21,966 nucleotides of DNA from positions 1-21,966 of the IMG/VR virus record IMGVR_UViG_3300014913_000087. The stretch is one strand, 5' to 3'. The stretch's first letter is position 1, and each line of letters opens with the position of its first letter. This stretch comes from a virus. Below are positions 1 to 7,370 of the stretch, piece after piece. Position numbers and translations under genes: made by a program. The notes under the pieces were generated by a model, which worked only from the letters and a program-made list of their open reading frames with translations, did no database searches and had not been told where the DNA came from.

Positions 1-2
1 AA

Positions 3-71
3 GAATGGAGATCGTGGCTATTATTATATGTCACGGATGGCGGGTGGAGTGTAATTGAGACAGCAACCTAA
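3..71 (+). CDS. 3' end of a probable integron gene-cassette ORF (partial, runs off the left edge)
   Basis: Frame 3 reads EWRSWLLLYVTDGGWSVIETAT*. Its TAA (69-71) lies inside the attC R'' box ACCTAAC, the usual cassette layout. Frames 1 and 2 are also open for 17-18 codons, so the frame is inferred. Confidence 0.55.
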   Translation, partial: EWRSWLLLYVTDGGWSVIETAT

Positions 72-132
72 CCAGCGGTTGAAGCTGACCTGGCGAAACG
101 CGCGCCAGGCAGCTTAACCGCAACTGTTAGAT
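66..132 (+). mobile_element. Integron attC recombination site (59-be)
   Basis: R'' ACCTAAC (66-72), 5-nt spacer, L'' GTTGAAGC (78-85), inner arm TGACCTGGCG (86-95), loop AAACGCG, arm CGCCAGGCA (103-111), L' GCTTAAC (112-118), 7-nt spacer, R' GTTAGAT (126-132). L''/L' pair perfectly except for an extra G81, and the inner arms pair perfectly except for an extra A88. These are the two extrahelical bases expected of attC. Confidence 0.85.
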
Positions 133-205
133 TGCCTTAACCAGGGGAAAATCAATTGCCCAAAATCGGCGACTAACGCAGACCGAGACGAGGAGCAGAC
201 CAACA

Positions 206-1981
206 ATGCCAATCGCAGGGCTAACCGACCAACACACGATCGAGACCGATCTCAGGCTGCACCGCTGGCCCATCAGCCTGCGCTTGCCGCTCAAGCCGTG
301 GCGCTACCCGCTACGACGCTGGCAGGCGGAGGCGTTCCGCACCTTCCTGAGCGGCGCGGAGAACTTTTTAGCGGTGGCCACGCCTGGCGCTGGCAAGACG
401 ATCTTTGCCCTACGCGCCATCCACCACCTCCTTCTTGAGAAAGTGATAGAACGGGTCGTGGTCGTGGTGCCTACCGACAACCTGCGTGGTCAGTGGATGC
501 AAGCGGCTGCCAGTAACGCCGGAGTCCAGTTGGACTCCGGCTGGACGAATGGTCCGGCGCCGGAAACCAACGACTATCACGGCGCCGTCGTCACGTACCA
601 ACAGGTGGGCAGCAATCCCCAGGCCAGCCGCCGGCACTGCGCAGCGCGACGCACGCTCGTCGTCTTTGACGAGATCCACCACGTGGGCGACGCCAACACT
701 TGGGGCGGCGCCGTGCAGTCGGCGTTCGGGCCAGCGATAAGGCGACTCGGTCTCTCTGGCACGCCATTCAGAACAGACGGCGAGCCTATTCCCTTCATCC
801 GCTACGACGAGGACGGCCGGAGCGTGCCCGACTACGTCTACGGCTATGGCGACGCGCTCGCCGACGGAGTGTGTCGCCCGGTCTTGTTTTCCTCCTACGA
901 TGGCGAGATGGAGTGGTCGCTCGATGGCGTGACGGTCAACAAAACGTTCAAGGACACCCTCGATGCCAAGAGCCGCGTGCATCGGCTGAGGACGGCGCTC
1001 GATCCGGGTGGAGAGTGGCTCGATCGAGTAGTGCGAGACGCCGACAGGAAGCTGCTCGCGCTGCGCGGCAACGGACACTCGGCTGCGGGCGGCCTGATCA
1101 TCGCAATAGATCAGGAGCACGCGCGCGCTATTGCGCGGCTGCTCGAGCGGCTCACGTATCAGACGCCGACGGTAGTCATCTCCGATGAGCCGCGGGCCTC
1201 GGCTCAGATCAACGAATTCAAACGAGGTCACCAACGCTGGATCATCGCAGTGCGCATGATCAGCGAGGGCGTGGATATACCGCGCCTGCGAGTGGGCATC
1301 TATGCCACCAACGTCCGTTCGGAACTGTTCTTCCGCCAGGCGGTGGGCCGGTTCATCAGGATGCAAGCCGAGTTAAAGGGCGATCAAAGCGCCTATCTCT
1401 ACATCCCACGCGAGGACGTCCTGCTCAGCCTGGCCCAGAAAATCAAGCAAGAAGTGGCTCATAAATTACGAGACAAGGTCGAGCGCGGGGAGCGCGGCGA
1501 GCGCGAGCCTACGCAATCCGAGCTACCATTGTTCACGCCCCTCTCCTCCGCCGCCCAGGCCGACGACGTGGTCTACGACGCCTCGCTGTTCTCTCAAACT
1601 GAGCTGGCGCGGGCGCAGACGCTCAAGTTGCTGGCCGGGCTACCGGCCGGCGTAGATGACGCCCTGATCGCCGCAGTGATCAGGGCCTACGAGGCGCAGA
1701 AAGGCGTGGGGATTAGGGCTGGTATCACGGCCGCAGCCAGGGCAGCAAAGCCAGCCCCGGTCGCCAATCCCATCCGCGAGGAGATAGGGGACAAGCGGAG
1801 ACTGGTCAGCAAATTGGTCAATCGCCTGCACTATGAGGGCGACGGCCAGCACCATCAGAGAGAGATATTCGCTGCACTGAGCCGTCACGATGGAGTATCG
1901 CAGGGGCAATGTACACTCGCGCAGCTGGATGCGCGGGTCGCGTTGCTCAAGAATTGGCTGGAGAGGGGGATGCCTCAATGA
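206..1981 (+). CDS. Superfamily 2 (DExH-box) helicase/ATPase, 591 aa
   Basis: Walker A ATPGAGKT, Walker B DEIHH, motif III SGTPFR, motif V VRMISEGVDIP, motif VI QAVGRFIR; GAGGAG RBS upstream. The C-terminal helical domain resembles actinobacterial Rv2917-like helicases (from memory). Confidence 0.9.
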   Translation: MPIAGLTDQHTIETDLRLHRWPISLRLPLKPWRYPLRRWQAEAFRTFLSGAENFLAVATPGAGKTIFALRAIHHLLLEKVIERVVVVVPTDNLRGQWMQAAASNAGVQLDSGWTNGPAPETNDYHGAVVTYQQVGSNPQASRRHCAARRTLVVFDEIHHVGDANTWGGAVQSAFGPAIRRLGLSGTPFRTDGEPIPFIRYDEDGRSVPDYVYGYGDALADGVCRPVLFSSYDGEMEWSLDGVTVNKTFKDTLDAKSRVHRLRTALDPGGEWLDRVVRDADRKLLALRGNGHSAAGGLIIAIDQEHARAIARLLERLTYQTPTVVISDEPRASAQINEFKRGHQRWIIAVRMISEGVDIPRLRVGIYATNVRSELFFRQAVGRFIRMQAELKGDQSAYLYIPREDVLLSLAQKIKQEVAHKLRDKVERGERGEREPTQSELPLFTPLSSAAQADDVVYDASLFSQTELARAQTLKLLAGLPAGVDDALIAAVIRAYEAQKGVGIRAGITAAARAAKPAPVANPIREEIGDKRRLVSKLVNRLHYEGDGQHHQREIFAALSRHDGVSQGQCTLAQLDARVALLKNWLERGMPQ

Positions 1982-2538
1982 AGTATACAGCAGCAAAGGG
2001 AATAGCCGATGGACTGCTGCAAGACCTTGCTCCATACTGCGAGCGTGTTGAAATTGCTGGCAGTATCCGGCGCGGAAAAGCCGAGGTAGGCGACATTGAG
2101 ATTGTGGCCGAGCCAGTGTTGAGCCTCGATTTATTTGGCGCACCTTCCCCCGGGCCGTGTGCTCTCGATGGCGCAATAGCTGGCATGGTAAGAAGCGGAT
2201 ATTTGGGAGAAGCGATAAAGAACGGCTTGCGCTACAAGCAACTTGCGCTCCCACAGGGCATCAAGCTCGATCTCTTTATCGTCCGACCGCCCGCACAGTG
2301 GGGCGTGATCTTTGCCATTCGCACGGGCCCGGCCGACTTTTCGCGCTGGCTTGTGACACAGCGTAAGCTAGGTGGCGCGCTACCATCGTATTGTAGAGTC
2401 AAGGACGGAGGAGTGCACCACGGACTAACAGGCAAGAGCACGCCCGTCCCCATGCCAGAGGAAATAGACCTTTTCAACTTTGTGGGGCTTGACTGGCTCG
2501 CTCCTGAAAACCGAAAACCAACAAGGATAACTCAATGA
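1978..2538 (+). CDS. Stand-alone family X DNA polymerase (palm + thumb only), 186 aa
   Basis: AGSIRRGKAEVGDIEIV nucleotidyltransferase signature, IKLDLF third acidic residue, thumb motif RTGPADF. ATG 1978 overlaps the helicase TGA (ATGA); the 1909 start in the track is probably too long. Confidence 0.85.
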   Translation: MKYTAAKGIADGLLQDLAPYCERVEIAGSIRRGKAEVGDIEIVAEPVLSLDLFGAPSPGPCALDGAIAGMVRSGYLGEAIKNGLRYKQLALPQGIKLDLFIVRPPAQWGVIFAIRTGPADFSRWLVTQRKLGGALPSYCRVKDGGVHHGLTGKSTPVPMPEEIDLFNFVGLDWLAPENRKPTRITQ

Positions 2539-2573
2539 CAGCTATGCGACTCCGGCAAAGAGGGACACAATGA
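2535..2573 (+). CDS. Possible 12-aa coupling mini-ORF (MTAMRLRQRGTQ)
   Basis: ATGA overlap with the PolX stop at its start and with the initiator ATG at its end; AAGGA 7 nt upstream. Confidence 0.25.
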   Translation: MTAMRLRQRGTQ

Positions 2574-3463
2574 AGACTTGGGTAAAACTCTACACAGAAG
2601 TCAACGAAGATCCCAAGATCGGCAGCCTGACCTGGGCGCAACGTGGGATATGGAGCGCGCTCCTGGCGTTGGCCGGGCGACTGGATTATCGAGACGAGAA
2701 CGACAAAGAGACCGGCTTACTCGACACGCCCCAAAACACGGCCTGGCATTTGCGGTGTCCCGCAGAGGAGTTTGGCGACGCTCTAAAAGCGTTTCAAGAG
2801 CGCGGAATGATAGACGAACGGGAAGGACTGCTATACATCACCAATTACGCCAAGCGTCAGGCCCGTCCCCCCTCTGCCTCCCGCGAAGCCGTTGCAAAGA
2901 GGGTGAAACGCCACAGGGAAGCAAAGCCCGACCAGCGTAACGAAGAGACAGATGAACGTAACGAGAGTGTAACGCCGTTACAAAACAATGTAACGCCCCT
3001 AGAGACAGATACAGAATTAGATACAGAATTAGATACAGAACAGAGACAGAACAGAACAGATAATGCGCCTTCGGCGGGCGCTGGCGCGCCAACATCACCG
3101 CCAGATATTCCTCCGCCAAGAAAATCGTCTCCCCGGGATCCGAAAAGCAAGTTGACGTCAGGGCAGCGCGAGTTCCTTGCGCTTTTCGGCGCCAAGCGGT
3201 TCAAGACCAATGCGGCGCGAGATACCATCTTGCGTCTCGAACAAGAGTTTGGTACGGGTAAGCTACTCGCTGCGGCAGAGTGGGCCGCAAAAAAACAGAT
3301 GACGGTAGGCAATGCCGTCGTCTCTATCGAAAAAGCATTGCCGAATTGGAATAACAACAATGGACGCAACAAACACAAACAGAATCGGCCAAACACTGCT
3401 CGACCAGAAACGCCGCGAGCAGAGGATATCCAAGCCCAGGCAGTTCGGCGAGCTTTGCAGTAA
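2570..3463 (+). CDS. Phage replication initiator / replisome organiser, 297 aa
   Basis: N-terminal WVKLYTEVNEDPKIGSL wHTH-type start typical of phage replisome organisers, central low-complexity repeat linker, C-terminal DnaD-like helical domain; sits directly upstream of a DnaC-like gene. Confidence 0.8.
   Translation: MKTWVKLYTEVNEDPKIGSLTWAQRGIWSALLALAGRLDYRDENDKETGLLDTPQNTAWHLRCPAEEFGDALKAFQERGMIDEREGLLYITNYAKRQARPPSASREAVAKRVKRHREAKPDQRNEETDERNESVTPLQNNVTPLETDTELDTELDTEQRQNRTDNAPSAGAGAPTSPPDIPPPRKSSPRDPKSKLTSGQREFLALFGAKRFKTNAARDTILRLEQEFGTGKLLAAAEWAAKKQMTVGNAVVSIEKALPNWNNNNGRNKHKQNRPNTARPETPRAEDIQAQAVRRALQ
2937..3060. repeat. Iteron-like repeats inside the initiator gene (putative replication origin)
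   Basis: GTAACG at 2937, 2958, 2969 and 2990; palindrome TGTAACG-C-CGTTACA (2968-2982); tandem AGATACAGAATT about 2.8 times (3007-3040); ACAGA repeats to 3060. Confidence 0.65.
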
Positions 3464-4214
3464 TGAGGCTGGCCTCCTGCATCCGACTGATATGTGCTGC
3501 CCGACTTGTGGTGAGCCGCTGTTCAAGGTTAAAGCTCCACGCAGTGATGAATGGATGATAACCCCGTGCCTCGAGTGTCATAAGTGCAAGCTAGACGCCG
3601 ATTTTGTCCAAAAGGTGCGAGCGCGCAACGCTGCCCGGTCCGTGCTCTATCGCCAAGCAACATTGGACAGCTTCAAGGTGGAGATGGAGCATCAATCACG
3701 AGGCTTGGCCGCTGCGCAGGCGTTCGTAGAGATCGTCGAACCCGGGATGCCCATTGCCGTGATATTCACTTCATACGTAAAAGATGGCTGGACGGGATAT
3801 GGCACTGGCAAGACCCACCTGGCCAGTGCGATCGCCGGCGTCCTGTGTGAACGCGGATACAATGTCGTTTCGTGGTCCGTGCCTGAGGCATTGTCGCAGA
3901 TCAGGAGTACGTACAACGATGCTGGCGAGGATACTGAATGGCGCATTGTACGCGAAGCAACTCACTGCGACCTGTTGGTTCTGGATGAAATGGGACTGGA
4001 GAGCTACCAGAATGAATCCTGGCATCACGAGAAAATGTATCGCATCATCAATGCGCGCTACAACCGAGGTCCCCTGATCGTGACGACAAACTTGCCCCCC
4101 ACCGAACTCAGCAAGCACTTGGGCGGCGCCGCTTTCTCTCGCCTCTGGGAGATGACAGGCCAGGGTCAGCGAGTGATAGATATGTGTGGCCCAGACTGGA
4201 GATTCCAACAATGA
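3360..4214 (+). CDS. DnaC/IstB-like AAA+ helicase loader (start uncertain: ATG 3360 or ATG 3492)
   Basis: GTGKTHLA Walker A, LLVLDEMG Walker B, LIVTTNL sensor 1, SRLWEM arginine finger; N-terminal Cys cluster CCPTC...CLECHKC. Confidence 0.85.
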   Translation: MDATNTNRIGQTLLDQKRREQRISKPRQFGELCSNEAGLLHPTDMCCPTCGEPLFKVKAPRSDEWMITPCLECHKCKLDADFVQKVRARNAARSVLYRQATLDSFKVEMEHQSRGLAAAQAFVEIVEPGMPIAVIFTSYVKDGWTGYGTGKTHLASAIAGVLCERGYNVVSWSVPEALSQIRSTYNDAGEDTEWRIVREATHCDLLVLDEMGLESYQNESWHHEKMYRIINARYNRGPLIVTTNLPPTELSKHLGGAAFSRLWEMTGQGQRVIDMCGPDWRFQQ

Positions 4215-4429
4215 TCACCCTGCGTATCCTGCCCGACACAGCCGCCGCCGCACTCCCGGTATTCAACGATCCAGAAACAGGAGAGCCGCGTTGGACACGG
4301 CTCGCTGATGGCGTGATCCAGGCGAGTTTCACAGAGTACGAGCTGGCGCTGTGGATGGAATTGGCGTGGGCGATGGGGTTGACGAATAATCGGCTCGGGA
4401 TGTTGCGGATGGCGAAACTATCGTTCTAG
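4211..4429 (+). CDS. Hypothetical protein, 72 aa
   Basis: ATG 4211 overlaps the DnaC-like TGA (ATGA) and the ORF fills the gap to the next RBS. Confidence 0.6.
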   Translation: MITLRILPDTAAAALPVFNDPETGEPRWTRLADGVIQASFTEYELALWMELAWAMGLTNNRLGMLRMAKLSF

Positions 4430-4438
4430 GAGAAACCA

Positions 4439-5143
4439 ATGAAAACCGGACTATTGTGGTACGACGATGACCCCAAACACAGCCTGGCTCAAAAGATCGC
4501 GCGCGCTGCCGCTCGCTACCGCATTGAGGCCCTCCAGAACGCCATCACGGTCAAACAACCCACCGGCCAAAAAGCCCACACTTGGCTCAGTCAAGCCCAG
4601 GTCAGAGCCTTGCTGAGCACTTGTGAGAACGGCATCGTAGGCCAACGAGACCGCTTGGTGCTGGGCCTGCTGGTCGGGGCCGGCCTGCGCCGCCGCGAAT
4701 TAGCCGATCTGCGCTTCGATGCTATCAAGCTCCAACCTCGCGGGGATCGCTTCCGTACCGTCCTCGACGTCCAGGGCAAGGGCGCAAAAGACCGCGTCGT
4801 CCCCATCTCCGATTCACTCGCCAACGCCATAGACCAATGGGGGCAACAGGTTGGACACCACGGACGCATTGCCCGCGCTCTGGGCCGCAACCGAAAGCCC
4901 AAAGAGACCATCTCCCCTGTCGCCATTTTCAATATAGTGCGCAAGCGCGGCGCAATGATGGGCAAGTCCACACTCGCCCCCCACGACCTGCGCCGCACCT
5001 ATGCGCAACTTGGCTATGAGGCCGGGATTCCCGTCACGCAGATCAGCATCCTTCTGGGCCACGCGGACATTGCCACCACTCAGAAATACCTCAACTTGGC
5101 TCTCGACCTGGATACCACCATCTCTGACTTTATCCCATTCTGA
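4439..5143 (+). CDS. Tyrosine recombinase catalytic domain with an unrelated 28-aa N-terminus and no core-binding domain, 234 aa
   Basis: GLRRRE (Arg), GKGAKDR (Lys), HDLRRT (His-x-x-Arg), LGHADI (His), TQKYL (Tyr) all present; AGGAG RBS upstream. Confidence 0.85.
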   Translation: MKTGLLWYDDDPKHSLAQKIARAAARYRIEALQNAITVKQPTGQKAHTWLSQAQVRALLSTCENGIVGQRDRLVLGLLVGAGLRRRELADLRFDAIKLQPRGDRFRTVLDVQGKGAKDRVVPISDSLANAIDQWGQQVGHHGRIARALGRNRKPKETISPVAIFNIVRKRGAMMGKSTLAPHDLRRTYAQLGYEAGIPVTQISILLGHADIATTQKYLNLALDLDTTISDFIPF

Positions 5144-5160
5144 TGGCAGGAGCAACGACA

Positions 5161-5286
5161 ATGGAAATCGGCGTGAAAATAGCGTATGCGGTATTCGTCT
5201 CAGTGCTGGCGCTGACCTGTGTTGGCGGAATTGGTTTCCTGTTGTGCTACTACGCCACACGGGAGCCGGAAGGATTCTCAGAATGA
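5161..5286 (+). CDS. Small single-pass membrane protein, 41 aa (not in the ORF track)
   Basis: AGGAG RBS then MEIGVKIAYAVFVSVLALTCVGGIGFLLCYYATREPEGFSE. An alternative ATG at 5143 is coupled to the recombinase stop, and its TGA overlaps the next ATG. Confidence 0.55.
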   Translation: MEIGVKIAYAVFVSVLALTCVGGIGFLLCYYATREPEGFSE

Positions 5287-5642
5287 TACTATCATTTGCC
5301 TGGACAACGGATGCTCTCCTCGCAGGCCGCAAGACCTGCACTCGACGTCAGTGGAAAGAGGCTCACTTTCAACGCTGGGTAAACGCCTATCGCAAAGGCA
5401 ACCTCGTTCACGACGCGGTAGATAAGGTACTGTTCGCCGGCGGCAAGCGCATCGCCAAGATTCGCCTCACCTGCGAGCCTTACCGCGAGGCCTTGAGAGA
5501 TATGCCGGAGAGCGACGTCGAGGCCGAAGGTGGTCTCTGGGCCGGCAAACAAGAGTTCATATCTCTCTTTGGCGGCGACCCCGATAAGATCGTGGCGGTC
5601 GTGCGCTTTGAGCTGGTAGAGGTGCTCGATGTCAAATCCTGA
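5283..5642 (+). CDS. ASCH-domain (PUA-like) protein, 119 aa
   Basis: MILSFAWTTDALLAGRKTCTRR (GxKxxTxR) plus downstream AEGG and C-terminal VVRFE strand; ATGA coupling at 5283. Confidence 0.8.
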   Translation: MILSFAWTTDALLAGRKTCTRRQWKEAHFQRWVNAYRKGNLVHDAVDKVLFAGGKRIAKIRLTCEPYREALRDMPESDVEAEGGLWAGKQEFISLFGGDPDKIVAVVRFELVEVLDVKS

Positions 5643-7353
5643 TCCGTCCTGGCGGGTTCTCTGCAACGACGCCCGTGACCTCTCTCCCATCCCCGACGCC
5701 AGCGTCCACGCTATCATCACCTCCGTTCCCTACTGGGGCCTCCGCCGCTACGTGGACGATGACCGCGAGATTGGGCGCGAGGAGACGCTACAGGAATGGA
5801 TCGGCAACCTGGTAGAGTGCGTGCGGGAATGGCGCAGGGTTCTCCGCGACGATGGCACGCTCTGGATAAACTGCGGGGATAGCTATGCCAACGATGCAAA
5901 AGGATGGCGTAATTGCGAGGGCATTAAACGCAAGGACATGATTGGTCTCCCTTGGCGTCTCGCGTTCGCCCTCCAGGCGGACGGATGGTATTTCCGTTCT
6001 GCTATCTGTTGGGCAAAGGGGCTTGATTGGACCGATGCCGAGCGGGAGGCACAAGAGCGCATCCGCGACGCCCTGGCCTTCGTGCGCGAGCAGGCAGCGG
6101 GGAGCCTATGGGGATTGAGCAAAGATCTGGCCCGTGCGCTAAACAAAGCGGAGCGAGCCGTTGATCGTCTGGCGATGAGCGGAGCCGCTATGCCAGAATC
6201 CGTCACTGACCGTCCCACCTCCGCTTACGAGATGCTATTCCTGTTCAGCAAGTCGGAATGGTATTTTTACGACAGGGAGGCAATTCGCGTTCCACGGTCA
6301 GGCAACACTCATTCGCGCGGCGAAGGGAGCACACCGAAAGGTAGAGCCGCCGAGCACACCAATATCCGGGCCAATTCCAGCTTTCACGCTGCAACATCTG
6401 GGCACCTCGTCGCGTCCAGGAACGCCCGCAACGTTTGGCGTATCGCCACTAAGCCTAGCCCAAGCGGCGGCTACCAGCTCTCCGATGGCCGTATCATCAA
6501 TCACTTTGCCAGTTACCCCCGCGCCCTGGCGGCCCGCGTCATCCTCGCTGCCACCTCCGAAGCTGGCTGTTGTGCCAAGTGCGGCGCGCCATTCAAGCGA
6601 GTTGTGGAAACTGTCCAAGCCAAACGATTACAGGGCGGCCCGAGTCCCAAGCGAGCAAGCATAAATGAGGGTGGCAGACAGTCAAGCGCCCTGGTCAATA
6701 ATACACTACCAGTCACAAAAACTATCGCTTGGGTTCCCACCTGCCGTTGCTATGGCGAGCCAATTGAAGCAGATGTGCCATGTCCCGCCTGCAACGGGAC
6801 GGGAATAGAACACGCCTATCCACGCGGAAACGAGCCATACAAGGCACGCGCATTGCCAGGACGACACCCAGGCAGCATCAACACTGATCACGATGGCAAG
6901 GATTTTGCCAGGCCGCAACCTGTCGGAGGCCCTTGCCCCGCCTGCCTCTGCCCCGATTGTGGAGGTTCAGGACAAGAAACGATCTGGCTTACCGAACAAG
7001 AACGTGTAGCGGGCACTGCTCCCATAGGGAGCGATAGGAAGCTGCCCGCGTCAGCTTGGGGTAACAACCAGGGCAAAAAAGAGACCGGCGAACCTTGCCC
7101 CACCTGCGACGGCCTCGGCGCAACAGGCCGCATCAACGGCGAGATCTGGCCCGTCGACGTCCTTGAAACCTGGCCTCGCCAACCCTGTACTGTTCACGAC
7201 CCCATGGCCGGCACGGGCCAAACTGGCATGGCTGCCCTTGACCTGAGCCGCTCTGTGATTCTCAACGATCTGTCATCCGATTATTGCGATTTGATGCGAG
7301 AGCGGTTGTCCGTCTGGCCCGGTGACTTGGGCGCAGCCAGATCGAAGAAATGA
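5629..7353 (+). CDS. DNA N4-cytosine/N6-adenine methyltransferase (beta-class order) with two large insertions, 574 aa
   Basis: Motif IV variant ITSVPYW, LRDDGTLWINCGDSY, KDMIGLPWRLAFALQADGW, MPESVTDRPT and NVWRI, followed by C-terminal motif I variant HDPMAGTGQTG. Confidence 0.85.
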   Translation: MSNPDPSWRVLCNDARDLSPIPDASVHAIITSVPYWGLRRYVDDDREIGREETLQEWIGNLVECVREWRRVLRDDGTLWINCGDSYANDAKGWRNCEGIKRKDMIGLPWRLAFALQADGWYFRSAICWAKGLDWTDAEREAQERIRDALAFVREQAAGSLWGLSKDLARALNKAERAVDRLAMSGAAMPESVTDRPTSAYEMLFLFSKSEWYFYDREAIRVPRSGNTHSRGEGSTPKGRAAEHTNIRANSSFHAATSGHLVASRNARNVWRIATKPSPSGGYQLSDGRIINHFASYPRALAARVILAATSEAGCCAKCGAPFKRVVETVQAKRLQGGPSPKRASINEGGRQSSALVNNTLPVTKTIAWVPTCRCYGEPIEADVPCPACNGTGIEHAYPRGNEPYKARALPGRHPGSINTDHDGKDFARPQPVGGPCPACLCPDCGGSGQETIWLTEQERVAGTAPIGSDRKLPASAWGNNQGKKETGEPCPTCDGLGATGRINGEIWPVDVLETWPRQPCTVHDPMAGTGQTGMAALDLSRSVILNDLSSDYCDLMRERLSVWPGDLGAARSKK

Positions 7354-7370
7354 CCACTGAGGAGGAGCTG

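Noticed and set aside
410-1366. 318-aa minus-strand ORF, and similar ones at 11543-12271, 13979-14545, 15674-16231 and others
   Set aside because: They are antisense shadows of well-supported GC-rich plus-strand genes, with no recognisable motifs.
3007-3060. CRISPR array
   Set aside because: These are short tandem 5-12 nt units without spacers, inside a coding region.
4439-5143. Recombinase as the integron integrase for the attC at 66-132
   Set aside because: It lacks the IntI-specific insertion and the HTLRHSFATHLL-type motif (it has HDLRRTYAQL), and it is 4.3 kb away inside a phage operon.
5001-5282. Long N-terminal extension of the ASCH ORF given in the track (also the extended starts at 1909, 13860, 18742, 19008 and 20859)
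   Set aside because: They overlap upstream genes; downstream starts with an RBS or stop-start coupling fit better.
6019-7182. Inteins in the methyltransferase insertions
   Set aside because: No Cys/Ser start paired with a His-Asn end and no LAGLIDADG motifs were seen.
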